This document shows, one piece after another, positions 1-13,108 of a stretch of DNA of 48,547 nucleotides. Numbering within the stretch: position 1 is the first letter of the stretch; each line of letters begins with the position of its first letter. The notes under the pieces were generated by a model that saw nothing but the letters and a program-made list of their open reading frames with translations, was not told the DNA's origin and searched no databases. The translations under genes and the position numbers were made by a program. The stretch spans positions 1-48,547 of the forward strand of contig ASPP01020001.1 in NCBI GenBank assembly GCA_000512085.1, read 5' to 3'. Origin of the DNA: Reticulomyxa filosa. Its lineage: Eukaryota; Protista; Foraminifera.

Positions 1-547
1 GTCATCAATCAAAGGAGATCATACGTCCAATGCGCAGGTATATGTGTATATGTATATGTATATGTATATATGCATATATCACAACAAACCATAAAAATAT
101 GCTTTTTTTTTTTTTTTTTTGCAAGGGAGGGAAAAAAAAGTTTAAAGGGAAACGTAAAAACACAAAGTACCCAGAGCTCATTGCCGTTTCGACACGATTC
201 AATGTAGCTGACCACATATTTGGAACGACATTTCTTCAACATTTTTATTTCATGACGCAATTCTCGTACATTGTCGGTTTCGATGGGAATCACCTTGATT
301 GCCACTATTTCTGTTGTAACACGGTTCAATGCCTTCACTACTTCTCCAAATGCGCTATGTCCCAGGTTGCATCACACACACATCTTCGTCATACTCTGAG
401 GCTTGCTGAAAACATTTGCAAAGGCTCGCGTCCAAGCCCAACAAACCTAAAAGTGCACAAAAATATAATTGTTCCCAAATATTTTTACACATACCCACTA
501 CCCAGAGATTCAATAATTTGAAATTTAGCGGCTTTTGACTTGGACAT
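1..547 (-). CDS. STE20/MST-family Ser/Thr kinase, 5' part (continues off the left edge)
   Basis: Exons 547-495 and 354-171 join across a GT-AG intron to give MSKSKAAKFQIIESLGSGAFGEVVKALNRVTTEIVAIKVIP..RELRHEIKMLKKCRSKYVVSYIESCRNGNELW, covering the Gly-rich loop, VAIK, the alphaC Glu and the STE20-typical ELW. Confidence 0.85.
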
Positions 548-1314
548 CGCTGCAATCGAGTTTTTCTCTCAAAAAAAATTCTACTCAAAGTTGGTACTAA
601 AAATTTGAACAGTGCAAAAAGGCAAACACTCACCAGTTAAACAATATTTGTGGAGGGCACGCTGTCGTTACTTTTCACAACAATCATCTAAGAAAAATAT
701 GGAAATGAGCTTTCAAACAATACAATTACCACAATAAAAACGATCCAGATAACATCAATTTCCCCGAAAAAGCTTTCTTTTTCTTAAGAAAATGTGCCGA
801 TCATATATATTTCAATTGAATGTAAAAATTTTTTGTCAGAATATAAAAAGGATGAGTAAGAAGTCTTGAATTGGGAGTGTCTTGGGATTTTTTGTTGTAA
901 TTAGATCTAATTCGTGTTAAAAGGATGAATACAATAAAAAATATGAAACAAGTTTCCCACGGAAACGAACAAGTGCATGTGTTGGAAAACACCAAGGGAC
1001 TAGTTTACAGATATTAACAAAGGGTACGAAATTCAAGAAAAATCCAGTACATTTGTCATTTGGAATTCGAGCAACTTTCTTGTTTTGTATGTTGGTTAAA
1101 GGGCCACATAAACAAAACAAAACCATAACAAAAATGTTGAGGTTACCGCAGAAAAATACACAAAAAAACAAATAAAAAATGTTGACCGAATGTGGACGGA
1201 AGAAAAATGGCAGAGTAAAAAGAAATGACAACAAGGAGGGGGGGGGGGAAGAGGAAAAAAAAGTTTCATTTTTAATGAAGTACGTATATAATATCCCTCC
1301 CCCCCTTGTCTGTC

Positions 1315-4300
1315 TTAGCACTGATGATCAACCCGCCAACCTAAATAAAGTTTAATAGCAGCTATCCCAGTAAACACTGGCAAAACGATGAAAAAATGCC
1401 ACAAATTATGTGAAGTTCCAATTTCGAAATACCATTTTTTTTCTTGACTAATTTTGGTAAAAGTTTCCTCTGCCAGGGATAAGGCTTCCTCACTATTACC
1501 TTTGCATCAAGCATTGAACAAAAGGGAAAAAAAAAAAAAAAAAAAACAGTAAAACGTAACAAATAAGGATCCGTACATAATACATATATGTATACGTAAT
1601 ACAAACCTTCGCGACTTAATTGGAGCATTTTTGCATAATTTTCTTCTCCCATCCGTGTCCGTAATTCTTTCAAAACGAAATGGCGCTCAGGGAATTGAGT
1701 GACTCGGAAAAAAGCGGCCAAGGTGAAGCTAACCATGGTAAGCGTCCAAGCCAAAGTGAATCCAAAAGGATAACTGCGCTTGAAAGATACCAATTGCACC
1801 ACATAATACCCAAACACGAAATACTGCGTAAAGAATATAAACAAACCCAACATATTTTCACGAATGTTTCGTGACTCTACTCCGGTTTGGGTGACAGCGA
1901 CTGCAGTGGTTATTCCTGATCACCAAAAAAAGAAAGTTCTTTTTTTCCCTATCACTTTCACCCCCTTTTCAATTGCAATGTTTTCAAAAATAAGCCAAAA
2001 AAAAATAAAAATAAAAAATAAAAAAATAAAAATGAACATACCAAAGGCCACCATCGACGACATGAACATGATTTGCACATTGGGATCACAAAAAAAAATG
2101 AAATGGACCCAAATGAACGACGTCGACAAGGACTGGATAATGATGGACACAAAGTCCACATTCCACCAAATCCGCGAGTGTTCGGCAGAGACGCAGTGAT
2201 ACAAGTGTGCGCCACCACTACACAGTGAGCGGAAGAAACACCCGGCGCAACAAATGACCACCAGCACTTTCGTCGTCATGCTTTGGGACTTAAAGAATGC
2301 AGGGTCGGTTTGAGCCCAATACACAAACAATATCACCATTCCTATCAAAGGGGCCCACTCTGTCCAAATGTTCATCGTCTAGAATACAGTCATTAATTAT
2401 ACATACGTACACACATACACATATATGTACATATATATGTATACGTATGTTTATCCTCTTTTAAAGTTTTGACACAAAACTTCATTGTGTATTTTAAACA
2501 TGGACTTGGTGGCTTCACAAACGGTCATTTCGCTACGATATCCATTTAAAATGTATTGATAACCGCTGACGTAAGAAGGAATTTCATCCATGGTAAGCAA
2601 TTGATTCGGGTTGGGTATTATGTTGGCATCGGTAGGAACTGTAGCTGTGGCTGTAGCTGCGACTGTGGCTGTGGCAGCAGTAGTGTTGTTTGCCGGACTC
2701 GAATTAAGTACAGGTGAGGTGGACCTGGAATTTCCTTCTTGTCGGACAACTTCGCCTCCTTCTTCGATAGTGTCGCCCTTTTTTTTTATCCATCGCATTT
2801 CGTGGTGATCCATATGCCCGGCAAAAGCGCTGAAAAGCTTCACACCGAAAAGATTATCTGACCCTCTTTCTTGACTCGAGTTCAATTCCTCAATTTGTGT
2901 GGTGTCGCGACTTGGACTCAAAAACTCGGCCAATCCCCTCGCCGTCCTTCGCTGTGACAACCCGCGTGTGGTGAAAGGCTTCACATTCAAAAACCCTGAA
3001 CTCGTGCGATGGTGTATTCCAACCGGAGAGGACGCTCCCAATATCCCCGAAGGGAGGTTTAGCGTTTGTGTTAGATTCTTTTCACGACCAGGATGAGTCG
3101 GCTTACCCTTTGCAAATTGAGGGACTTGGTCAAGACGAATGGTCAGTTCTTGATCTAATTTTGGAAAGGCCTTGTTCACTGCTGCTATAATACTTGGGTC
3201 CGCAGCTAATGATTATCATTTTTTTTAGTTCAAAAAAAAAGAAGGGGGACCCACGTGCGTTTGGGGGAAAAAAAAAAAGCACACAAGTGCATCAAATATA
3301 ATACATTGTTTATACCATTGGCTCCGACAATTAAATTAGGTGAACTGTCAATATTGTGAGCACTTGTTGACGGTGGACCCTGTGTTCCCCCAGCGCGAAT
3401 GGTAAGTGCTTGAGTTTTGAAGCTTGTTGGCTCGTTAGTAGATTCCAATAAAGCTGTGTCAATGACAAGTGAGTTCAAAAAGGTAAATCGCAAGGAGCGC
3501 TCCTTCCACTGCAATTCTTTTAAGATGATTGCCGTAACCAATAATATCACAACATTGGCAGTTACAATCTCTACCGCGTCCATTGAACCACTACTCGCTT
3601 TTTTTTTTTTTTTAAAAAAAAAAATTATAGTGCATTATTATTTTTTTTTTTAAAGTAACAAAATTAGAAAATAAATAGCCAAATAAACGCATGTGCGCAT
3701 GCAAACATTCGTACATGGAAACACCCCAGCTTTTCTTAAAATGACGAGAAAATCCAAGACAGTGAGAGTGGCCAACGAAACTGCGATGAAAAAAACGACG
3801 CGAATAAAAGAAGACAAGCCAAGGATTAACAACGCACCGCAATGATACAACAAAAAGTTTGACATGCTAACACTGCCAAAGGCGGTATACTGGATACTAA
3901 ACGCAATTAGTACGATGCAACTGGTACAAAGCTGGCTCATTACTTTTTATTATTATTATTATTATTATTTTTTTTTTTTTTTTAAAATGTATATACATAT
4001 ACACCACGTATATATGTATATATGTGTGAAATGTGATATATTTGAAGAGAGGAAAAGTAAGCAAAGTCACAAACAAGTAATTATTCTGCTGTCTTTGTAT
4101 TTAATAGCAAGGACAAAGCAAAAGATTTCAAGCAATAATGCGACAATATTTGGCACCAATTCGTTGGTGTGACGAATAAAATTGACATTCGTTACACATG
4201 ACACGATATGATATACTACCTAATGAAATAAAAATCCCCCCCCCCCCCCCGGTCAAAAAAAAAAAGAACCACAAATTAACTACATTTATAGGCATATACA

Positions 4301-5225
4301 CATGTGTATGTACATATATATATATATATATATGTATATGTATATATGCATATGTGTACTCTTCTCAATCTCATAGAGACATAAAATACAGATAATGCAC
4401 ACAGTGATAACAACACGAAACTAATACTAAAATGCTAGAGCAAATGCCATCGCCAAATAGAACATGCACGTAATGGACAAAGACTTGCTCTTGTTCGGGA
4501 TTAACGAAGCGATGGGAAAACCGGTGTGTCTTTGCGTTAAATTCGAGTGTTTTTTCCGCGCCGAGGGTCTTGACCCGTTCGGCTTCTTCCATTGGCAATA
4601 ATGAAATCTTGGACTTGGTTTTGTTGCCAGTGGCCTCTTCCACAGATTTTTTCTTGCTGTTTTCTTTGTCGATCACGTCGTCGTGAAACGATACTCTTTT
4701 CCCCAATAATGCGCTGTCGGGAATGCCCATACTGTCGATGTTGATATTGACGTTCTTGTTGCCACCACCACTTGGGTACACTGTCTTGCTTGTGCTTTTG
4801 TTCGCATTCGAATCATTTGTGCTTGTCTTTGTTGGATTGACGTCAGACTCAACCATTGTGTCAACACTTGTCATTGTGGTTATAATCGTGGTCGTGGCTG
4901 TTGTTGCACCGATACCTCCTCGAGTATCTGACAATGGATAGTCGTTGTCATTCGCTGCTTCAACCTTTTCTTCCTTCTCGTTCCGTCCTGTTGTCGTCCT
5001 TTCCAAATCTCGTTGGCTTGCTTTCTTTTCCATCTTTCCGTTGCTGTCCTCCTTTTTGTTTGATACCGTTGTCGGAGCTTGTACTGCTTCCTTCGCTTCG
5101 CTCACAGCGTCTCCGGGGCTTGGAGACGAATCTGCATCAATTTCAATATTTTTTGCAAGACTATCTACTGCTCCATGACCAGTCAAGCGCTTTGAAATTT
5201 GTGTATCTGTATCTATATCAGTCAT
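1315..5225 (-). CDS. PAQR/adiponectin-receptor (CREST) family protein with a large N-terminal extension containing an extra multi-TM module, about 1000 aa
   Basis: PAQR motifs: YILNGYR, KIHNE|TMNIWT, SGGAHLY, WNVDFVSI, FPER, GTSHNLWH; stop TAA at 1315-1317. Upstream exons (5225-about 4420, 4219-about 4075, about 3942-3714, about 3597-3316, 3205-about 2481) join in consistent phase, e.g. intron 3315-3206 gives AAT G|CT GCG. Confidence 0.8.
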
Positions 5226-6020
5226 TCCACACCACGACCGATACAATGATACTCTATTATTTTCGACTTGTCCTACTTTTTAAGTTTTCACCAATTGTTT
5301 TGGTGGAAGATCTAATTTGATTGCTTTTGCATCTTTCCAATAGTCCATAAACAAAAGAAAACAAAATATGAATAATAACACCTGCTGGAAAGATTAAATC
5401 AAAAACTTAATAATATATCTTTCCGGAAGTTCACAAACTTTTACGGAATTTTGTTTGAAATGAAAAGATATTTGTTTGGTCACTTTTATTTTTGGACTTT
5501 ACAACAAGTGAATAGTAAACCTTTGTTCAAAAATGTCAATTTATAACCAAATTTCAATCTCAAATATAAGTTCAAAGACAAGTGTTGTTGCAGTTGTCGC
5601 AAGAAAATAACAACAATGGAAACAAAAACAAAAAGAAATAAAACACAAGATAAAGAAGAAAGAAAAAGAAATAAATACGAATATTTTGATAGGCAAACAA
5701 TCCAAGTAAGATGAAACAGGGAATATCACTGAGACACCTAACACAAAACGATCAAAGCACTAATAAAAGTGTACTGCCTTGGGATGGGGGGCATACTTCC
5801 CACACAGAAGGCATCTATTGTTGTTTTGTTTATGGCCTTTTCTTTTACTCTTTATTAATTTTTTGGATGAATTGTTGGTGCCATCAAAATAGAATTTATT
5901 TTTTTTCCCGTCCCTTCTTTTTTTTGTTTGTATGTTTTTGTTCGATTAAAAAAAAATAACAAATATTAAGTCAATGTATTCTATTGCATCACGTTCACTC
6001 GTTTCGTTCCATTGTTTTCA

Positions 6021-7689
6021 TCAGTTTGTTCCATTGTTAGCATTGGGAGGCGGGGATCCGCTTGGAGTCGTGGATTGTTGTTGAGAAGAATGGAATTTGG
6101 ACAGTTTCTTGAAAATATAAGGAGAAGTTAAGTTGATGGCCGAGTCTTGCGTCACTAGCAGTCCTCGACCGTCACTACAACGGTTGTGCAAAGTGGTCCC
6201 ACTTGCGAATAGACGATCCGTCAATACTTCCAAAAAGTCGTTATGGACACCAACGACGGTGCCCAAAGTGCCAAAAGGGACTCCTTGATCACTTCGCAAC
6301 CACGCCACACGATCGCCCAAATTGAAGTTGTTATGATTAGTTGGAGACCACGCAACTTCTGTATCGCTTGCATACACGTGGTGAACTGGAACTTGTTGCA
6401 TTTGAATGCCTGGCGAGTTTGCAGTAATCTGTTCAGCATCTTTTTTTTTTTTTTGTCATTGATAATATTATTTATTTTTTAATGTAATAAATAAAATGTC
6501 GATCATTCATGAACAAAGTCGTAAGAAGCAAAAAAAAAAAAAAAACTGCTTTAACAGTATTTATTAGCGTCGTCTTCAATTTCTAAAATAATGTCTTTGG
6601 GTAAGGCTTGAGCACTACATTCAAGAAGAGGCAGTTGGGAAAATTCTTGCGTTCGGAGCCACTCCACAACATTGGTTAAGTACACGAATCCTTCTTGTTT
6701 TTTCTTTGCCAATTCTTCCCGATCGTCTTTCAGCTCTTCCGACATCGACATAGATGTTAAAGACATTGACGACTGCAAAAAGCCTGTGTCTGCTGTTGCC
6801 GACACTTACAGCAACCGCATACAATAATAAGGATATACGTTCACACAAGACCAATTACGTATATTGCAATGAAACCATTGAAAGAAAGAAAGCGATAAAA
6901 AAAAAAAGATGAAAATAAACTTGGAGTTTTGTCTTTCAGGCCATTTTGCAACAGCTGAGAAGACTGTGACTATTCACATCCACATTCCATAACATATCAA
7001 AAGTGTTAGTGTTAATCTCCCCCTTCTTTTCGTGATCAAAAAAAAAAAGACAAAACATCGAAAGCAGGAGCAAAATTACTCGAGTCGAGTTTATACCCTG
7101 AAAAAGTATGCAACAATTGAAAGACCAATGGAAACTTGGTTTTATATTCGATCAATAAATCAACAGCTTTCTGCGAAAACTCGAATTGAATTTGAGCCTC
7201 TTTCCACGCCTTTGCGGCTTGAGGATGGGACGGGTATCCCTTCTTGCTGACTTTCGACCTGCCACCGATGGCACGGACATATCCTGGAATAATGAACTTT
7301 TGCGTGGCGAGTCGAAGCTTCAAACCCAAGTCGATTTCGTCGCGGTAATGCTTGGCTGTGACGACACCACAGATTCGAGAAAACACAGACGTTGAAATCT
7401 TGACCAACTTGGCCGCGGCGTCAATGGAAAAATACCGTGCTTGTTGCTGATACTTCTTTATCACATTGTGTCCAAAGCTCGTGCGCTCAAACTTGCCAAT
7501 CAAACGGATATCCACCATACCATTTTGCGGCGCCCGAATTATTCGTCCCACCTTGCCAAAGTAATTTGTCATGTGTCCAATATACATTACCGGTGCACCC
7601 AATTTCAGTTCGGCTTCCACATTTATTATCCTTTTGAATTATTGTAGTGTTTAAATATTGTACATTATATACATATAATTTATATATAC

Positions 7690-7735
<46 letters not shown>

Positions 7736-10700
7736 GATAATACTTGTTTGTAAATCGGCCATCTTTGATCAAGTTTTTATCTTTGGTACTAACAACTAAC
7801 TGCAAAGGGACACAAACGAGATTCGTACTCCACGTCTTGACGGCTTGCTGATTCAAAGCGCTTGCAGGGGAATGCTGAGAAGAAGACGCAGAGGCGGCAA
7901 TGGACATTCGTTTCATGCCGGTCACGACTCGAACCTTAATTATAATGTGAATGCTGCCAACGTCAATGCCGAATATCCGAAGCAAACTCTGTCGCAATTG
8001 TGCTGCTTCGGTTTCAAATGCGGCACATGCTTGCTGTGATTTGTCCGTGACTTTGGAGTTTCCTTGTTCGTCTCTGTCCGAAAATTGTCTTCGGCATGTC
8101 TCCACGGTCACCACCTTCCCCTCTCGCAAATACGGCCATTGCACAAAGCAAGTGTTATTATTGCTCGCAAAATTCCATCCTGCGCGGTCCAGATATTCAT
8201 AGTCTCGCTCTGCGTCCAAATGTCTCAATTGGTTTTCAATCGACAATATCATTGTTTCGTATTTCGATGTTAGTCCAAATATATTGCATCCAATCTGATT
8301 ACAAACCATATTCGTGTATATATAAACCATATAAACACATAAACATATATGTATACACATATACACACATATATATCAAAAAAAAAAAAAACAAAAAAAA
8401 AAAACACACACTTTGCTTGTGCTGGTGGAGAAATCCAAGATTCGAAGCTGTGGAAAACCTTCGATTGGCGTGACACTGCCAGCATATGGCTCTGGCAAAA
8501 ATTTGCCATTGTTCGCAACTATGGGCGGATTTTCAAACTTATCAACCGACGTTACGTCAATCACCGACCCAAACAACGCTGGTGCTTCAATTCGGTTTTT
8601 CAATAACGCTTTTTCTGTATCAAACTTGAACATGAGTGCGTCATCAAAGCTATTGCGCTGTTTTTCTTCTTCCTTTGTGTGTTGCACGTGTATCATATAA
8701 TTTACTTTTTTTCATTTAAATAACCAAGCACACTTTGCATACAAAAACTTTAATGTTCTTATTTTTTTGTTTATAAAATATATACATGTGTATAAATATA
8801 TACATATATATATGTATTTATTTATGTATATGTGTGTATATATGTGTATATATATGTATATAAGTTTGTACAGTTAATTCTTTTGCGTAATCAATCATAG
8901 CCACGGCTTTTTTCAATTTCAAGTGGTCGATGAAAGGGAGCAAAGCAATTCCTTCCCACGGCGCCGTGGCATAATCCATGTCGATTGTGAAAGAGACCGG
9001 ATACATGCCGGCGATCGGTGACATGGGAAGTGTCATAAGTTTTCGGAATGGCTGCGGCAGCAGACGGGCGGAGGCAATGGGTAAGACGGCCAGTAGTTGT
9101 TCGAACGGCGAAAAGGGCGCGTCCAGAGTGAACTCGCACGTGAATTCTTTGCCAACACAAAGAACGTCACTCAGCAAAGGAGCATAGTGATGTGGATAGA
9201 ACCAGCTCCACGATGGAATGCCGTGGTAATAATACTGCAGCACCCATTGAAGGCCTTGCAAGTAGTCCCTGCACAGCTGTGCACGAGCTTCGGGTGTGTC
9301 CATCGAGCCGTCAGGCCATCGTTGTCGATAATAGTGATCTTTAAACAGTGGTGCTGATGTTTCACTCGCTATCAAATTTGGTGTTGGTTGTAACGAGTCT
9401 TTGAGTTCGTACAATTAAGAATTTTTTTTGGGGGGGGGGGGAGGGAAGGTGACCCTTGACATGCATAAGAGACTCAAGTTGCATACCTTCTTTTAACAAT
9501 TCCAATTCTTTGTCAATCTCTTCGATCGTCGGCTCTCTGACATTGGGGTCGCCGGTTCGATGGAACCCTTTTTTCCAGTAATCTTTCAAAAAGTTCAATT
9601 GCTCTTGCAATTGTGAGTTTTCAGATTGCGACATTTTTTGAAAATATTCGTACACGCTTTCCATATTTATTTTCCCATGATACGTCAAGTAGTCTGTTTT
9701 CACACAACCATTATTAATACATACATTATATATATATATATATATGTATATATGCATTATGCTTGTTTGTACCAGGCAATTGTGGCAAAATGGCTTTGTA
9801 ACGCAAAAACAAATGTTCCAATCCTCCTGTCGCGATGCTGATAGTGGGAAGGGGCGGTATGAAATCGTTGCCCACCAAAGTGCACAAAAAGACAAAGTCG
9901 TCGATGATTCGCTCCAAATTGAATTGCTTGTTACCCGTCCAATTGCTAACATAGTTGACATTTGCATTCTCATCCGATTGCCTTTTTTCTTCTCTTTCTT
10001 TTTCATTCGAATTGACATCGCTGTTTAAATGCTCAGTCGTTTTTTTGATTGGGTGTCCTCGCCTTTTTTAACAACGTTGGTGTCATTGATAAAGTCCAAT
10101 TCCAGATAATGTCTCAACACACTGATATGCAGCAATTGAAACTCATGTTTTCGATTCAATCGCTTTTGATTCATTTTGTTCTGTCGTTCTTGTTCTTGAA
10201 GTGCAAAGATTATTTCTTCGCGCAAAAGCGCAAAGTGCAACTCATGACTGACCAGTGACAAGATTATCAAATCGGCGTCCAGTCCGTAAATGCAATGACG
10301 GGTATTGCTGTCGTACGCTTCCGGAGGTTGCATTTTTATGTGTCGAATATACGACATTATTTTATGTTCCCCTTCACCTGGCACCAGATGGCTACTGTAA
10401 ATTACTGTCAAGTTTTTCCACAATCCATCCTCTGCCATTTGCTTGCGAATAAACAATGTCAAGTGTTTATTCAATTCCTCCATGAAATGTGTGCCCGGTG
10501 TTATTGCACTTGAATCAAAAGAGCTTGATACATTTTGGCCTCCTTTTTTCTCTGCTTCCTAGTAATTTGTAGTTTGATGTATTGCATATATGTATATAGG
10601 TATATAGGTATATATGTATATGTCTTTCTTGATTTAATAACAAAAAGTGTATATACAATTGCTTATTCGAACTTAACTTGACCTCGAGCAGCTACAAATC

Positions 10701-11156
10701 GTCGCTTTCTTTGCTGGTTTTGCTTTGCTCTGGGAGCCACTCCGTCAACTGCCAGGTATAAGAGCTTTTTTGGCTTCACCAATCTCACCAAATATGCTAT
10801 GTATTTCATTATACTCAGAAAGATTTCTGCGTGCGTTGAGTTTTTTCCTGCATTTACTCCATGACTACAGTTGTGAAATATTCCATTCATATCGAGATAC
10901 ATGCAATCTTATGTCCCCACCCAGTTTTTATTTCCATTCCTCGTCCGTGAGATTGTGACAACAGGGAAATATACACATATACAAATATATGTTTGTTTTC
11001 CTCCTCATACCAAATTCTGGACAAACAGGCCCATCAATTTTTTGATTGATCAGTGGGTAGCGTTCGGACAACCAACGGTAAAATTTTGGTATCCCCTGTG
11101 AGATATTTATGCTTTTATTATTTACTTTTTGATTTGTTTGTTTAAACCATTACCAT
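6021..11156 (-). CDS. XRN1: 5'-3' exoribonuclease 1
   Basis: MG|IPKFYRWLSERYP, YLDMNG, DGVAPRAK, PGEGEHKIM, YGLDADLI, GNDFIP, WVLQYYY.G.PSW.W.YP.HYAP, plus the XRN1-specific C-terminal region (LGDRV..VPFG..GTVVG). Multi-exon; one frameshift near 10040-10046; exact 3' end uncertain. Confidence 0.93.
7664..7736. repeat. Intronic (TA)n/(CA,TG) microsatellite, representative of many in the window
   Basis: tatatacatatatatatatatatacatatatatatatatatatgtatatat; similar tracts at about 38-78, 2400-2448, 4290-4358, 8775-8860, 9720-9755, 10585-10622, 14780-14835 and 30345-30390. Confidence 0.85.
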
Positions 11157-11544
11157 TTTTTATGACACTTCTTTTTGAAGATGGAAATGAAGTGTTCTGA
11201 TGAAGGGATGTTCTATTTTGCGTTCAGTTTTTGTGCAAACTTTTTAAAAATCGCTCAATCTTTTTCAATTTCACTATTTGCTTTTTCTGTTTTTACTTAT
11301 ATTTTCTTAGAGACAGTCACGATAAACTCAAAGGCCTTTTTTGTTTATGATAGCTTAATAAATTTGGTGCATGATAAATTTAAAAATTTGGATCAACTAC
11401 GGACCTTTTAACGAAAAGATTGATGCGAAAAAGGTGTCATTCTTTTGGCCAAGTGATTTAAAAAAGTCAATTTATTAACAACTCTTTTTAAATTGCACAA
11501 AACCAAGCAAGCTTTGCCCTCTTGTTTAAATCGGCAAATGTGCC

Positions 11545-12660
11545 TTACTTGCCTTTTCCATTGAACAAGGCAGCAATGACATGGCCAACATGAGCGCCAT
11601 GATGTCTAGCAACCCGTTTTTCCAAGTCGGAGGGTTGTCGTTTGCCATCAGTGCCAGACAAGGTACCAGCACCATAAGGACTATGTTAAACAAATAAAAA
11701 CGCCGTCAACAAAAGTGTCTCCCTTTCTTTCCCCACAAAAAAAAAGGAAAACGTTTTCAAAAGAGTTACAAACCTGCCGCCGTGAACTTCTGACAAGTTC
11801 ATTAAATCAGGTGTTGTGTAGCCCAAAGGAACGAATAAAAGTCCATGATGAGTCAAGGCAGTAAGAGTAGTAAGAGCAGTTGTTTCTTGTCCACCTTTTC
11901 ACAGTCCACACATTATAATTTTAGAGATTGATCTGACAAGGTCCTTTTTTTTGTCTAAAAAAAAATAATTATAAATTATAAAATACCTCCCAAGGTGCTG
12001 GTGGAAAAGAATATTCCTGCTGGCTTTCCAACCAATGCTCCCTTTTGCCATAATCCGCCAGTTCTTCATTGTAGTCAAATTTTTATATAAAAAAAAAAAT
12101 TTGCTAGTTGAATTTTTATGTTGCTGGATTGAATATGTTGGAAAGAAAATGGTTATATCAAAAAAAAAAAAAAAACTAACGCGTCCCAAAATGCCTTCCA
12201 TTGTGCTGGCATTGTTCCGTATCGGGTAGGAATTCCGAACATGAAGCCATCATAGTCTGGTAATTCCTCCACTTTTGCCAAAGGATGGTCCTTCGCTGAC
12301 TTTTGGTCGACTGCATACATTTTTTTTAATACTTCTTCGGACAACGTTTCAGGCACTTGCTTAATGTGTACTTCACAGCCTACGTTTTTTTAAATATCCA
12401 AATCATATCCACAAAAAACATATCCAGTTTAAATATGACAAGTTTTGGAGCGCTTTTTTTTTTTTCCTTTTCAAATACCTGCTTCTTTCAAACCGTCTGC
12501 TACTTCAATGGCCATGTGACGGACATGTCCCCAGGTCGAGTAGTAAAGGACCAAGACTTTAGGTTTTTTCTGTTCCGTTTTTGTTTGTTTCTTTGTGAAA
12601 AAAGGAGCTTACGCTTTTCAAAAAAATAACAGCCTACTCAACTGTTGTGGCTTGAGACAT
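11545..12660 (-). CDS. WrbA/Pst2-type flavodoxin-like NAD(P)H:quinone oxidoreductase
   Basis: Six exons give [69 protein letters not shown]|SPYGAGT; stop at 11545-11547. Confidence 0.93.
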
Positions 12661-13108
12661 CTTGTTGTTTTGTGTTAAAATTAAAGAAGAGCACAAAAAA
12701 TTTTTTTGTCAAAAGTAAAAAAAAGGGACAAACTAAAGGTCGCGGAAAGACTAGGACTTCAACAATAACAATGCCACAACTCTGTCTTTCGTTGTGTTTT
12801 AAAAAGTTACGTAAGCACTAATGAATTAAAGTTAAACTTTGCAAGTTCAATTGAGAGCAAAAATATACAATTTTCTTCAAGTATGAATTGCAATAGACAA
12901 TTGTCTTTGATGAAAACAGTTAACAATAAAAAGCTTTGCAAGGGCGTATCGATTTAACCAGCCGTTATTTGACACTATGGCATAAACAGTGCTTTAACTG
13001 GCAAAGGGGCTTTCTTTACGTGGGGCAGTTTTTTTTTTGAGAATCTTTCTCAATAGAGTAAACACGATATCTTAAAAAACGTTCAGTTTGTGCTCGGAAT
13101 AATGCAAA
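12661..13108. promoter_or_regulatory. Probable bidirectional promoter region (WrbA / SLC45 head-to-head)
   Basis: About 450 bp between divergent start codons; no specific motif identified. Confidence 0.4.

Noticed and set aside
4355-4435. Possible frameshift at the end of PAQR-fusion exon 1
   Set aside because: In-frame phase-0 donors exist before the stop, so the case is ambiguous and was not counted.
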